From: Eledone cirrhosa
Lineage: Eukaryota
Assembly: GCA_964016885.1 (NCBI GenBank)
Contig: OZ024744.1
Span: 79,112,001 to 79,176,000 of the forward strand
Length of the DNA: 64,000 bases
Reading direction: 5' to 3'
Within the stretch, counting starts at the first letter, position 1; the number at the start of each line of letters is the position of its first letter. The notes under the pieces are model-generated. The model searched no databases, was not told the DNA's origin, and was given only the letters and a program-made list of their open reading frames with translations. Shown here piece by piece: positions 37,060-50,987 of this stretch. A program made the translations under genes and the position numbers.

Positions 37060-40000
37060 AATTATTGTGTACAGTGCTCAGGTGCACTACAACTCATCAA
37101 AGGTGCATATATAGTACATAGAATAATGTACAAATGTCAGGAAAATGAACAGTGTATGAGTCATGATATAATAATAATAACAATAATGAAATATTGTGTA
37201 CAGTGCCCAGGTGCACCACAACTCATCAAAAAAAGTGCATGTACAGTACATAGGGCAATGCACAAACATCAGTAAAATGAACAGTGCACGAGTCATGATA
37301 CACACATGTGTGCATGTGTATGGAAGGGGTACATCAGGTGTAGTTTTGGCGTATTTCGGGAAGCATGAGTGTCTTAAAGGATGCAGTGTCTCGGCAGCTA
37401 ACAACTGACGCAGGCAGTTTGTTCCATGCTTCAGCAACTCTGAGCGTGAAAAAATGTCTACGAAAGTTATGGGAGCTGTGCTGTTTTCTGATCTTGTAGG
37501 CATGTCCACGTGTGTTAGACACATGGAGATCAAAGAGGCACTCAGAGTTGCAATTGGCGAGATGGTTAAAAACTTTGTGGGTATTCACCAAGTCCATTGC
37601 CAGACGTCGGAGCTTCAATGAATCCATGCCCAGGGAAGCAAGGCGTTCAGAGTATGGTAGGTGTCTGATGGAGGGTATGCGCTTGGTTGCACGTCTCTGA
37701 ACAGTTTCCAGGAGGTCAATGTTCTGAGCAAGATAGGGGTTCCAGACTGATGATGCAAATTCCAAGTGTTGTCGTACCATAGCTGTATACAGCTTTAAAT
37801 AGATGGCTGGAGAGCGGCTAACAAAGGTCTTGCTGAGTGATGCCAAGACACCCTCGGCCTTCTTGACAATCTTAGAGACATGCTTTGTTCAACGCAAATC
37901 GTTGCTGACAGTAATGCCCAGGTCACGTTCACAAGAGGACTTTTTGATATCAGTGTTGTGGAGGGAGTATGTGGACGCTGGATTTTTCCTTCCAAAATGC
38001 ATGGTGGTACACTTGTCCACAGCCAGCTTCAGTTGCCAGTCTGTGATCCATTGCTGCATTGTGTCCAGGTCTGATTGTAGGAAAGAGTTGTAAATTTCAG
38101 GATCAGTCCTTTTGATTTCAAGGTACAGCTTGATGTCATCTGCATATTTTAGTACCGTGGCATTCTGTAAGTTGGCATCTATGTCATTAATATATGCCAC
38201 AAACAAAAGAGGACCAAGAACAGATCCCTGTGGTACACCAGATGACATCTCATATGGTGAAGAATGCTGTCCTAGAACCGTGACTACTTCTTTTCAGCTG
38301 AGAATGAAGGATTTCAACCAGTCGAAAAGATCATCCCTCACACCCATTGCAGAGAGTTTTGCCATAAGTCTTTTGTGTGGCACAGAATTAAAAGCCTTAG
38401 CAAAGTCAAGGTAAACAACATCCACCCATGAGCCGCTGTCAGTGATCCGGGTGATGTCCTCAAGGAACTCGATAAGCTGATCACAGCAGCTGGAGTTAGG
38501 GATAAATCCAAACTGTGAGGGCCGGATGAGGCTGTGAGAGCTCCAGAAGTTCCAAAGTGTTTCTCTGACACAGGATTCCATCAGTTTGGCCATACAGCTA
38601 GTAAGACTGACTGGACGATAGTTGACAGGTGACATGCGGTTGCCCTTTTTGAACAGGGAAATGACACTGGCAGTTTTCCACTGCTCCGGAGTAGCACCAT
38701 TGTTGAGACAGTATTGAAAGAAGAAAGAAAGCTGGCGCAAAAGGAAATACCCGCCACGTTTGAGAAGCAGGTATGTCACACCATCAAGACCAGGGGAGGC
38801 AGAGTTGCGCTTATTCTTAAGGTGACGTCGCAACATTGCAGGTGTAAATTCCATAGTTGTTATGGAATTTGATGTTAGAGATGGTGGAGATGGTACATTC
38901 TGGTTTTCAACAGTAAAAATACTTGCATAGCACTCAGCAATGAGTTCTGCGCATTCCTTGGGATCGTCAGTGATCTGGCTTGTGTGGGGATTGCGAAGAG
39001 GACCAACTGGAGAGTGAGGTCTCTGCTTTGAATGAACATATTTCCAGAACACCTTACTGTCAGGATTGGTTGCGATGCACTGTTCAAATTCAAGCACTGC
39101 CTTCTTTGTCACTTGCTTGAGATGGTTAGAAGATTTATTCCGCTTTTTTCTGTTGGCATCTGATCTATGCAGTTTATATTCCCGTTCAGCATTCCGACGT
39201 TCTTTCCTGGCAAGTCGGACCGCTGAAGTTTCCCAGATTGCACTTTTGGGGTGGTTATTTTTCCGCTTCCGTGGCACTGATGCTGCACATGCTATCCATA
39301 TTGAGTCCAGGATGCTCTGGAGTATAGAGTTCACATCTCCAGAGTTATACATCTCATGCCAGTTTGGGCGCTGTAGCTCAGTGCAGTACAAGTTCCAATC
39401 CGCCCTCTTCCAATCAAAGCAAGCAGATTGGAGATGGCTCTGGTTTTTGTTGCTGCCCTCAAGTGCCAGATTGGCAATGATCATAGCATGATCAGAGTCG
39501 CCTAGAGGTTCCTCAGTAGTACAACTGATAACCACTTCAGGAGTAGTGGTGAAGATCAGGTCCAAAGTGTTGTCACCTCTTGTTGGAGAGGTGACTACTT
39601 GTGACCAGTTTGAGTCCAGCACTAGTTCAAGGAAATCGTTTGCACCTTGTGGCCAACGAAAGGTTTCCCAATCGATCTCAGGATGATTGAAGTCACCTGC
39701 AATAAACACATAAGTGGCTGTTTTCTTGGCAGCAACTCTGAGGATATCGCAAAGCTGTGTGTCCTGATGGTAGTTTGGGGGGGTGATAAATAACACCAAG
39801 CAGAAGTGTTGACATGGTCATACGTATGTCACAGAAAAAAACTTCTTCCTGTGATTCGTTCAAATCAACGCAAGGAATTACCGAAAAGTTTGAACGAACG
39901 TAGACCATCACACCACCACCACGGCGGTTAATGTGGTCCTTGCGGAAAAGGTTGTACCCAGTAATGGTGAAAACCCCATCACAGAGTAAGGAATGTGCCC

Positions 40001-40200
40001 ATGTTTCCGTGACTGTGATGAAGTCAGGGTCGATGCTTCTGACGTAGGATTCGAACAGATGTATCTTGTTGCATAAACTGCGAGCATTTAAGGACAACAA
40101 TTTGTACCCTGCTCGCAGTTTATGATGGTGTGTAGAGGGTGGCAGGTTGTTCTGGTTTAGTTTCCCAGAGTTGTAGCAGTTTTTACATTGCCATTTACAC
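37022..40200 (-). mobile_element. CR1-clade LINE, near-complete ORF2 (APE endonuclease plus RT), inactivated
   Basis: LNARSL, VTETW, GDFNHP, LGDSDH, YRPVSLTS, YLDFAKAF, GVPQGSVLGP, YADD; frameshift in the G-run near 39780, stops at 38294 and 37889; tandemly duplicated 3' UTR and (ATT)n tail. Confidence 0.95.
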
Positions 40201-40567
40201 ATGCATCACTTCATCTACGTGCCCCCCCCCCCCCCCCCCTCTATTTTTTTACACCTGTCCTCCCTCGCTCCATCACCTCCTCCTTATTCTTCTGTTATCC
40301 CCCCTCAACCCCCAATTACACTACTGTTTCCTTCTTAAATATATTAGGTCTGATAAGTTTCATTCTTTCTCCCTCCAACCTTCCTCTTTCCCCTCTCACT
40401 CCATCTCTACCTCCTCTCTCACTTCCCCTCTCTACCTCTTCTCCCCCCTCTACCTCTTCTCTTTCACTCACCCATCTCTGTCCCTCCCTCCCTCACTTCT
40501 TCACTTTCTCACTCCTTATCTCATCTCTTCTTGTCCTATTCTATATATATATATTCTATATTCTCAG

Positions 40568-40727
40568 ATTGTTCCTGTCTGTTCTTCTGAAACACCATGA
40601 TCTTGGACATGTTGCTCTCAATCTTATTGATCATGCGAATGAAGACTCTTCTGCCAAGATAGTCTTGCCACGTGCAATGGTAGAACTGGTGAAAATTGTT
40701 GGCCAAGCAAGATGGTCCTTGATTAAA
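40568..40727 (+). CDS. HERC2: HERC2 exon
   Basis: ctcag|A...AAA|gtaatt; LLKHHDLGHVAL...QARWSLIK. Confidence 0.95.
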
Positions 40728-41945
40728 GTAATTAGTCTTTTTTTTTTTTTTTTCCACTAGGCCTGTAAACCCTAAAGGGACACAACACACATCGCTATAG
40801 CAAAATAGAGAAACTTGTCATGGAGTTTGCAAAACAGGGAAAATGGCTTTAATAAAGAAATCATTATTATTAATAATAAAAATAATAAAGAAATTGTTAT
40901 TGTTATTAGTGCTGCCCTTGCTGGGGATAGGAATGGTTGGGTTGCCCTGGTTGTCTCATGCATCTCAAGATATATTGTTGTTATAGTAAAAGGTTCATAT
41001 GTAACTCTTCTGTTAATTCCATAATGGTTATTAAATGGTGTGGCTACTTTGTCTGAGATAGTTTCAAATGAAGAATTATTTTAGATATAATTTGAATGTA
41101 TATTTTTGAGATTTTTTTAAAAAATAAAATTTTGAAGGGTGGACTCACAGATTCTCTATAAAAGTATAAGCATAGCTCTGTGGTTAAAGAGTTTGTTTCA
41201 CAAACCACATGGTTTCAGATTCAGACCCACTTGTGCTAGTGTCTTCTATAGCTTCAGATCGAGTAATGCCATCTGAAATTTGGTAGACATAAACAGTGCA
41301 GAAGCCCATTATGATTGTATGTGTGTGTGAATGTGTGAGTGATAATTAAATTTACACATTATTGAACTCTTTTGATACCAAATCACCCCCAATTCTATGA
41401 TACAAAGCTGTTTATTTTAAGTCATAATGTGCTGTAATGATTTAGGAGAAAATACCTCAAAATGGGCTTGTAAATTAAGTTTGTACTATCTTTACTAGTT
41501 GAAAGATCACAAATTTTAATGTGTCATAAATACTATTATACTTTTTAATAATGTCTTGTTAATGTGGTTTCATGTTAGTGTTTATATTTATCTAAAAACC
41601 TTCCATCATAATTTTATGTAAGAACCTTGTTATGTTCCAAACACCAGCTTAACTTCTTCAGTGCCGTAGATGAGATAACTCATCCTAACATGTATACATT
41701 CCAGTGCCACGGACGAGATAACTTGTCCGAACATGTTTGTACTCCTTTCCAATATTTCATAACTTCAAAGTTATGAACTTGTTTCCAACAGTTTATAACT
41801 TCAAAGATAGATGTGGTTACTAGTTTATTGATGTGACATTTTTCAATCAAAATAGTCATTTTACTGAAAAAAAACAAAAACAGCACATCAACTGTAGCTG
41901 TGTAAAATATATGCGGCAGTCAACAGGTTAATAATGAAAAAATTA

Positions 41946-41948
<3 letters not shown>

Positions 41949-41989
<41 letters not shown>

Positions 41990-43185
41990 CCGTTTTACGT
42001 CCGTTCTTCCATGCTAGCATGGGTTAGACGGGTTGTCTTGTTGTGGGCAGTGTCTGGTCGGCTGACCATACCTTGCTCATACAGGAACTGATTTTGGCTT
42101 GATTTCTACAGCTGGATGCCCTTCCTAACACCAACCTCATTTACAGTGAGTGCTGGGTGCTTTTTCCGTGGCGCCTACACGTTCATTTTACAGTGTGGGC
42201 TGGGTGCTTTTTTGTCATGGCACCTCCACGACCACTTTGCAGTGGGAGGGTGTGGGGGCATATTGTCTATATGCTTCAGCTTATACCCATGGGAGGTCGG
42301 GTACTCTGTATTACTGCGTAATGCCAGAGGTCACGGTCGTGTGTCATTGCTTTTAAGAGGTGTAATTGGGTAAGGCCGGCTTTTATCACCTCATCCCAGG
42401 TCTTCTTGGGTCTCCCCACTCTGCGGTTGCCATTGACTTCTAGTGCTCTGCACCTTTTTATGCAGCTGTCATCCTTCATACGCATCACATGTCCATACCA
42501 ATGCAACCGCCTCTCCTGCACACAGCATTTGATTCCTCTTATGCTCAGTCTCTCTCTCAATTCATTTATGCTTTGCCATTAGCGTATATTACTATTACAC
42601 ATCCATCGGAGCATGCAGGCTTCGTTTCTTTCTAATCTACGTAAGTCTTCCACCTTCAGCACCCAGGTCTCACTACCATGTAACATTGCTGTTCGTATAC
42701 GCGCATCAAACAGTCTGCCTTTCATTTTGAGGGAAAAGCCTTTTGCAGCTAGCAGTGGCAGTAGTTCCCTGAACTTCTTCCATCCCGTTCTTACCCTAGT
42801 TATTGTACTTTCCGAACACCCATCTCCGGTCACCTAGGTAGCAGAAGCTGTCTACTGTTTCTACAGAGCCCTCCCAGAGATTGGTGGTACTTATTTCCTG
42901 TGGCTGTTTGCTGCTTGCTGTCCCAGCACAGCTGCTGCATGTGAAGCCTACATTCTTAATTAAGCTTCCTGAGATCCCGCTACATCTCTTGTGTACCTAT
43001 TGTTTGCATTTGGGGCAGAGAATGGAGTTCCTACCTACACCTTTCCTACATACTGAACAAGGCCATTTCCTTGAGGGGATCTGGGTTCTGTTTTCTAAGT
43101 CTACTTACAAGGACCTTAGTCTTTGTCAGGTTGACTTTGAGACCCTTTCTTTCTAGTCCCTGCTTCCAAAAATCCCTCTGAATTC
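41949..43185 (-). mobile_element. RTE-clade LINE 3' part with PHD-like Cys cluster and (TGA)n tail
   Basis: WPCSVCRKGVGRNSILC..C...VHKRCSG, AMLHGSETW, RRLHWYGHVMR, GRPKKTW. Confidence 0.9.
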
Positions 43186-43321
43186 TTGACTATTTAGAAA
43201 ACCATTTAAAAATCATAGGCAGTATCTTTCATTAAAAGTATGCTAATAGATTAAAGGAAGAAAGAAACTTGCTGTGTTTCTGTAATTTTACTTATATGTT
43301 ATTCCTCTCTGATTGTTCCAG

Positions 43322-43517
43322 GCTCATCAAGATCAAGGACAGTCATATAAAGAAGTTTGTGCCCCTGTCATTGAAAGGTGCCATTTCCTTTTCATTGAAC
43401 TTCGACCAGCAATAGACAATGAAATTAGTTTGTTATCTCGTACAAAGATTCTCAAGACTATGCCAAGATGGAAGAACATTATACAGAAAATGATGGATTC
43501 AAAAAAGAAATTAAAAA
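43322..43517 (+). CDS. HERC2: HERC2 exon
   Basis: tccag|GCT...AAA A|gtattt; HQDQGQSYKEVCAPVIER. Confidence 0.95.
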
Positions 43518-44179
43518 GTATTTGAATTATTATTATTATTATTATTTTTTCATTTATATGAAAGTTTGTTTTTACATTTGAATTTGTGTGTCATAGTCTT
43601 TAGGATATAGTTTCTGTGATGTTATAGGTTTTATGATCTAGTTTTTTTAACATCATTTTTAGGATGTTATAGCATCCTTCTACTGGGATCGCTTGGCTGT
43701 TCTCCACCCAATGAGCATCATCCCTAAGCACTGTGTGTCCATACCAATGCAATCTTCAGGATGTTATTTATAGTTTTATGACATAATGTTTAGGATTTTA
43801 CAGTTTTTATGGGGCTGAAGAGGGATCAAGGATTTTATAAAGAATTCAATTGTCTAAAAAGTTTGGGGATTCCTGATGTAAAGTCTGGGTATTGGAATAT
43901 GTCTTTTACTTTTCTTCTTTACCCACTTATTCCTAAGAGGTTCCTGGGGGATGAGTCCTCAACACTCCTTCCAGTGGGTCCTGTCAGAAGCAACCGTCCA
44001 CAATTGATCAAGCTTCATCCCTAAGTGTGACAAGCCAAGTTCATGAGATATTTCGTATATTTTGGCTGAGGATATATTTTTTTATTATCATCATCTTTCT
44101 GGCTTTTTTAACGCCTGCTCTTCCATGTTTGCATGGGTTGGATAGGTTTTTTCCTGTACAGCTTCCATCTCATTGCTGC

Positions 44180-44570
44180 ATTCTTTCATCATCTTCTCTG
44201 AGATTTTGCAATTTTAAATTCAGTTCTTACTATTTCAGTCCTGGTCTCCCTCAGTCTTCCTTTTCTGCAACATCCTTCTACTGGAATCGCTTGACAATTC
44301 TCCGCCCAATGACCATCATCCATAAGCATTGTGTGTCCATACCAATGCAATCTTCTTTCCTGCACACAACATTTGATTCTTCTTATGCTCAGTTTCTCTC
44401 TCAGTTTGTTTATGCTGTGTTGTTTGTACACTCTGACATTACACATCTATTGCAGCATGCTTAATTCATTTCAGTCCAGCCCTCAATGATCTTCTACATT
44501 CACTGTCTATTTCTCACTACCATGCAGCATTACACTTTGCATGGAGACATCGTACAACCTGTCCTTTCTC
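44180..44570 (-). mobile_element. RTE LINE fragment
   Basis: QERRLHWYGH; another fragment at about 19500-19670. Confidence 0.75.
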
Positions 44571-46046
44571 GTATCATTCATACATACATCACTGCTACGT
44601 AAATTTCATAATTATCTCCCTTTATTAAAATATGGGTTTCCGTGCCCTATTTTAAATAAAATCTCTGCAAAACTACAGATTTTATATTTCAATATAATAT
44701 TGCCCTAATGAGCTGATTGCCGTACTTGGTGGTGGATTGCCCCCACCCTCCTTTTTTTTTTATCTTCATCGTTATTGTTCAATGAATTTTATTATATCAT
44801 TATACAACTGTGAATAAAAGAAGAGATATAATATTTAATTTCTACTTTTTGTTCTCCTAATTATCACAACAGTAAAAGATTTTGTTTTTTGCCATATCAA
44901 ATCTGCTAATAGCCACTGTAATCTTGTCATGTCTTATAGGAATATTGCTATTCATTTTTCTCCATTTTTGAACCAGACCCATATATATACCATATATCCT
45001 CGTGTATAAGTTGCATCGGTAGATAAGTCGTACCTCCATATTACATACAACATTTTTTTGTCCGGTACTTTTAACTCACATATAAGGCTTTCTAGGTCCA
45101 GTAGATAAATTATACCCAGGATTTTATGTAGTTTCTTTTTAAGTGAGAAATTGTGTTACATATACACAATTGTGTGTGGTATTGATTTTAGAATATGGTA
45201 TGCGGTTTGGAATTTATTCAATGATAGTTTTATTTTTTGATATATCTAATGAGATTCATCATTTGATGCCTGCATTTCCTGTTTGGAAGGGTTAGATGGG
45301 TCAGTAAACACAGACCAACTCAGTACTCAACCAGAACCACTGTTTTCACACTCTAAAAAGTACACCATGCATTTTATCACAGCACCAGCATTAGGGAGGT
45401 TGTCATATCTTATGTACAACTGAACTCCTCTCTACCATTTATTTGGCAAATTTTCTATTGCTAAATACCCTCCCTAACACAAAACACTTTACAGAGTGTA
45501 TAATGTATGTTTTATTGTGTTACCCATCACTAGAGAGGTTGTTGAATCTTTGACACTCCAGAAGAGTCGTTTCTATTCATTGTTAAGATTTCTATAGCTG
45601 GATGCCCTTCCTATTACTAAACATGTTACAGAGTGTCAGACATGCCAACCTCTAAAAACCCAAACAGGGAGTACCATGAAAAAAGGTGCCTCATAACGGG
45701 TAGAAATGAGGCAAAATGGGGATATTTTACATAATGAAAGCTATACCCATTTTGACAAGAGAAGACATCCCTCGCCCACCCCAAAGTTGGTAGGAGATCT
45801 CTCCATCGGATGGAGAGAGTTGACAGGTCTGGAGTGTACAAGGTGTGTTTTATTGCGTCACCAACAATAGAGAGGTTTGTTGTATCCTTGACACTAGAGA
45901 AGAGTCCTTTCTACTCATTGTCAAGATTTCTATAGCTGGATGCCCTTCCTATCACTAACCATGTTAGTGTACTGTGTGCAGTTTATCATGTCATCAACAA
46001 TATACTATGTATATTTATTTAATTTTGATTTTGTGTGATATTGCAG

Positions 46047-46324
46047 AAGTATCTGATATAGAAAAACTGCAGCAGCGACTTACTGGAGTTGCCCTTAGTG
46101 ATGTTGGTCATGATAGCACCGATGAAGAGCCTGACGACGAAAATGAAGTGAAGGTGTTTGGGAAAGACCAAGCGAAAGTCGGGGAACTCACTGAAACACT
46201 GTTTACATCTGTGGAGAGTGAAATAGAGAGAGTCTGCCGACAAACCAGCATGCATAGATATGATTTACACAGACAAAACAATGACTTTGATGGTGGAAAG
46301 CTAAAACAAACATCAGAGAAAAAG
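46047..46324 (+). CDS. HERC2: HERC2 exon (poorly conserved acidic linker)
   Basis: tgcag|AA...AAG|gtatgt; open frame; supplies the phase 1 to 0 bridge needed between flanking exons; STDEE resembles human STDDEE. Confidence 0.82.
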
Positions 46325-47234
46325 GTATGTATTTTTCAGTTTTTATTCTTTCTTTACACACATATATATAAACCGACCTTACCCAATTACACCTCTCAAA
46401 GGCGATGACACACGACCGTGACCTCTGGCGACACGCAGTAATACAGAAGGCCCGACCCCCCCACGGGTACAAGCCGAAGCTGAAGCATATAGACAATATG
46501 CCCCCACACCCTCCCACTGCAAAGTGGTCGTGGAGGTGCCGTGGCAAAAAAGCACCCAGCCCACACTGTAAAGTGGACGTGTAGGCGCCACGGCCAAAAA
46601 GCACCCAGCACTCACTGTAAATGAGGTTGGTGTTAGGAAGGGCATCCAACTGTAGAAATCAAGCCAGAATCAGTTCCCATATGAGCAAGCCATGGTCAGC
46701 CAACCGGACAATATCCAAAGCAGGCAAACCCGTCTAACCCATGTTAGCGTGGAAGAACGGACGTAAAACGGTGATGATGATGATCATCATCATCATCAAC
46801 ATCACCGTTTAACGTCCGTTTTTCCACACTGCATGGGTTAGACGAGTTATTCTGGTTACGTTTATTGTGTAGATCACCAATATTAGGGAGGCTTTGCAGT
46901 ATTCGTTCCAACTCTATATTTCTGAGTTCAAATACCATTTGGTTTAACTTTACCTTTAATCCTTTCAAGGTTGATAAATAAAGTAACTGTCCAGTACCGT
47001 GGGAAGGGGGGAATCTGTCTCTCTCTCTGTAGACGAAACTGGCTCTGTTCAAATCTGGAGAAAGGGTGGCTCTGCCAAGTTTTAAAATGCCCAAGATATG
47101 CTATGAGTCAGGAAGACACCCCCATGACTCCATTAAGAGTTAATGGGCCTGTTTTTTTTAATTTTTTATTTTTATTTATGTATTTTTTCTTGTTCTTTAG
47201 CATTCATTATTAAAATTATTTCTTCTATTTTCAG

Positions 47235-47411
47235 CCTGATCACTGGAGTCATGTTGTCAATGCTGTATTAAGCAACGACAAGTTTCGATGGTTGAAACAG
47301 CGGCTTACTGGTTCGAAAGCGGAGTTTGCACTGATGAATAAAATATTTGAATTCATTATGTGGGAACATCCAATTGACATTGAGAAACTTCGCTGCTCAT
47401 TGCATCATCAA
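47235..47411 (+). CDS. HERC2: HERC2 exon
   Basis: ttcag|CCT...CAA|gtgagt; KFRWLKQ...PIDIEKLR. Confidence 0.93.
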
Positions 47412-47809
47412 GTGAGTGGCAACAAAATATTTTTCACCTATTTGTTTGTGCTGTCCCATACCAAACATACACATTAGTGACACGTGTTTGTGAATGTGAT
47501 TATCTAGCTCCAGGCCACACCTGATTTAGCATTTAAACCGGCCATATCCAGCTAGAATTCTCTCACCTCTTTCTGTTCAAACCGGTCATAACTGGCCTCT
47601 CATACCGATGTTAAGACATTGTTCTCAAAATAAATATCAAAATCTCATAGTTTTGATATTATATGAGGTAAAGCCTTTACCGTGAAAATACAAAAGTAAG
47701 TAGAGAGTAATGTAAATGCTAAAGGGTTAAATGTAAACAGACTATAATTATATGTGTGTGTGTCTGTGTGTCCATATTAATTGCATGCATACATGCATTT
47801 CATTTGATT

Positions 47810-48770
47810 TCTTCTTCTTCACCAACTTATTCCTGGGAGGGTCATGGGGGCAGAGTCCTTAAGCCTGCCTTTCAGCAGGTCCTGTCGGTAGCAACTGTCT
47901 CTAATTGCTCTGGCTGGATCTGTAGTGACCTACATTCCGCGGCTCACATACATTCTCTGTGCGTGGTCTGGCTCAACTCAGCCACTCAGCGCCAGTAGAA
48001 GAGAATGTATCCCTACGCGCCCTGAGGGAGAAATTCCCGCGTGAATTAGAGAAATCAGTCTCTCGCATCCTGACCATGGGATAGTAAAGACCTCTTGGTC
48101 TCTTGCTCCTTGAACGCTGAAGGACCGACACCTACAATATGTAACGGTGAGATTTGCACTTTGGCCTGCCGGCCTGCCTTGGGCCTGGCACAATGGCACA
48201 TTCCTTTTGGAACCTTTTTATGTTTAACTTCAACCATACGAATTAACAAACATTACTAGTGCAAATCACGCACAGAGAATGTATGTGAGCCCACGGAATG
48301 TAGGTCACTACAGATCTCCGAGTGAGACCAGTCAAGCTCACGGATGTTATCCAACCATCTTGCTTGAGGTCATTAAGTGCATGTTGTAGATCACCTGCTG
48401 ATGAGTTACATAGTACCATGTCATCTGTAAATACCAGCCGACTGATCCTATACCTGCCAGTCGTGATAGCACATCCAACCTGGATATAAGTACGTGTCAA
48501 TTCTGTCCATGAAGATTATGAACAGGAGAGGTGACTCTATGCACCCTTGGCAGTGTTCGACACCCACATTGAATAATTTCGACTTAGCACCATTTATCCG
48601 AAAAACAAATACAATGGCATTCATATATAGACTTCAAGGCAACAAGAAGTTTCCCATCAATCCCATACTGCTGCAGAACCTTCCATAGCAGGGTCCATGG
48701 AATGTAGTCATATGCCTTTTTGAGGTCTACAAAACAAGAATACATCTCTTGGTAATACTCCCATGATTTC
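47810..48770 (-). mobile_element. Internally deleted RTE LINE relic, host of a TIR element
   Basis: FVDLKKAYD, LVFTDDMVL, C-terminal EIQPEQLETVATDR restored when the insert is removed; (GAA)n tail. Confidence 0.75.
47921..48312. mobile_element. Non-autonomous DNA transposon with TGT...ACA termini (Ginger-like)
   Basis: About 45-bp TIR tgtagtgacctacattccg...; GATC duplicated on both sides. Confidence 0.7.
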
Positions 48771-49407
48771 TATAGTAAATAAAAATGTCTTATATTTGGA
48801 AGATGGTGCTATTGCTTTTTGCTGAATAGAAGTAAGCAAACATTCGAGAAACTTGAAAGTTTATAAAACGGATTAAATGATAAAAAAATCATAATTTGAT
48901 GGAGTTGTGAAACAAAAGCTATACTTTAACCCTTTAACATTTACATTACTCTATATTTACTATTATATTTTTGCGGTAAAGGCTTAACCTCACATAATGT
49001 TGAATCTATGAGATTTTGATATTATTTATCTTGAGAACAATACCTTAACATCAGTATGAGCGGCCGGTTATACCCGGTATGAACAGAAAGGAGTGAGAGA
49101 ATTCTGGCTGGATATGGCCGGTCTAAATGCTAAAGAGTTAAATAACACACAAAGACATTTTAGGTGTCAAAATATTAAAACTTCATAATTATTATTTATT
49201 ATATTCTCCACTCATAAGAATCTACAAAACTGCACCATCTAAATATAATGTGTTGATTAGCTACCTCAGTTTATACACAAAGATTGGATTTTTGTCTATT
49301 TCTTTAACATAAAATATGGAGTAGATGATGTGTTTATACACAAGTATATATGGTAATTGTACACTGATTATATTTATAATGATGTTAACTTTTTATTTCT
49401 GTCTCAG

Positions 49408-49544
49408 GTTGAAAGAGCTAAATTAAGACTAAAAGGTATTCAAAACATGCTTATCTTGACTCATAAAGAACATTTGATACCTTCTATAAAATACTCTATA
49501 CTCTGTGGTTGGCTTGGTCTCCTTTCTCTCAAGAATAAAGTCTG
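49408..49544 (+). CDS. HERC2: HERC2 exon
   Basis: ctcag|GTT...GTC TG|gtatgt; VERAKLRLKGI...LIPSIKYSILCGW. Confidence 0.93.
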
Positions 49545-49879
49545 GTATGTAACTCTTTTTTCAAATTTAAAGTAAATTTAAAATAAATTTTTTATTGTAA
49601 AAAAAAAAGAGAAAAAGATGAGTCCTTCATTTTTAGGCTAATACATCAGACTCACTGTGCTAAGGATAATTTTTTTCTTACTTCTTTTCTTTGCCCACAA
49701 CCCCCTCAGGAATAAGTGGGTGAAGAAAAGAAGAAGAAGAAGTAAAAAAAAAGTTATTATTAGAACTGTGAGTCTGATATATCAGCCCACAAATGTAGCA
49801 CTCTTTTTGAAAGATTAACAATCTCTTAACAAACCATGGGTCTGTGAGCCTCACAAATGCCACTGTGGTTCCACTGTGA

Positions 49880-50400
49880 ATCCTTTCAGTCGCCACTCAC
49901 TGTCATGCTGTCATAGTACTGGCCATCTCCCATGCAATACTGCTCAATCAGATAAAAAAGCATGGTCTGGGTGGTGCAGGCCATGCTTTCCTTCCCAGCT
50001 CGAGCCAGCATGGCTGGACTGAGGGGACAGCAAAAGGCCACACAGCACAACAATCTTCCCATTCCATGGGCGCAGGCCCCTCATCTGGAATGCTACATGC
50101 TGTGACACCTTCTCTAGTGACGACATAATATGTTCGGCTGCCTGCCAGGCCAAAGAGTAGAAACTGTCCAAGTATCGGCCACTCTTTGATGGGTTTGTGG
50201 TAGAGTCTGTAGCAGTGGAGACTTCCAGCATTCTTAACCTTCATACCATATCCCTGCTCACTGCTATTAGAAGGAAGTTGGTTGCCCGCATATGCGAGCC
50301 TTGTGAGGTGGAGTGACTGTTCCAGCACGTCTCCCTCGCCATCTTCTGGGACAATGTATTCTTCATCCTGTTAGCCAGGACCAAGAAGTGGAGGATATTT
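49880..50400 (+). mobile_element. Decayed CRE-clade retrotransposon restriction-like endonuclease domain
   Basis: + strand LEPAWLD*GDSKRPHSTTIFPF...LIWNATCCDTF...KLSKY...VAVETS...LFQHVSLAI; not in ORF track. Confidence 0.7.
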
Positions 50401-50797
50401 GCTTGGATGTCACACATATACATACATTCAATTACAAAATTTATCCCCCAAAACGAACTATATTCTGAAGTGTTGTCATATTACAATTTTAATGACCACT
50501 GGACAATATGAGTCATCTAAAAAAATTCACAATATGATGAAATAGCCCAAACATGTGATTTACATTTTATGACATAATGCTTTTATTACAGATCATACTT
50601 GTATAAAAATATATTAATATAATACATAATTTTATATAAGAACATTTTGTTATGTTACAAATACCACCTTAATGAAATTATAATTTTAGTAAATCCTTTC
50701 AAAATTCTTAATTAATTAATTAATTAAAATATGAAGCATTTCTTTAGAAATCGGTGATAAAAGGGTTAGTTCATTTATTTATTTATATATTTTTCAG

Positions 50798-50987
50798 TGA
50801 ACCTGTTCCACACTGCCTGGCTAATATTAATCTAATTCCTCCCTGTGATAAAATACTTCTTGAAATGACTTTTTCTGACCTATACAAATGGGCTGTAAAG
50901 GAATTGCGCAACATTCTTCTGCAAGTTGAAGCCAATTTGAAAGCTGGAAATCTTAATTCTTCCCGAATTATTCAAGACAATTCAAAA
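50798..50987 (+). CDS. HERC2: HERC2 exon
   Basis: ttcag|T...AAA|gtaagt; LIPPCDKILLEMTFSDLYKWAV. Confidence 0.94.

Noticed and set aside
49944-50423. Minus-strand ORFs as an unknown gene
   Set aside because: They are the antisense shadow of the decayed CRE endonuclease on the + strand
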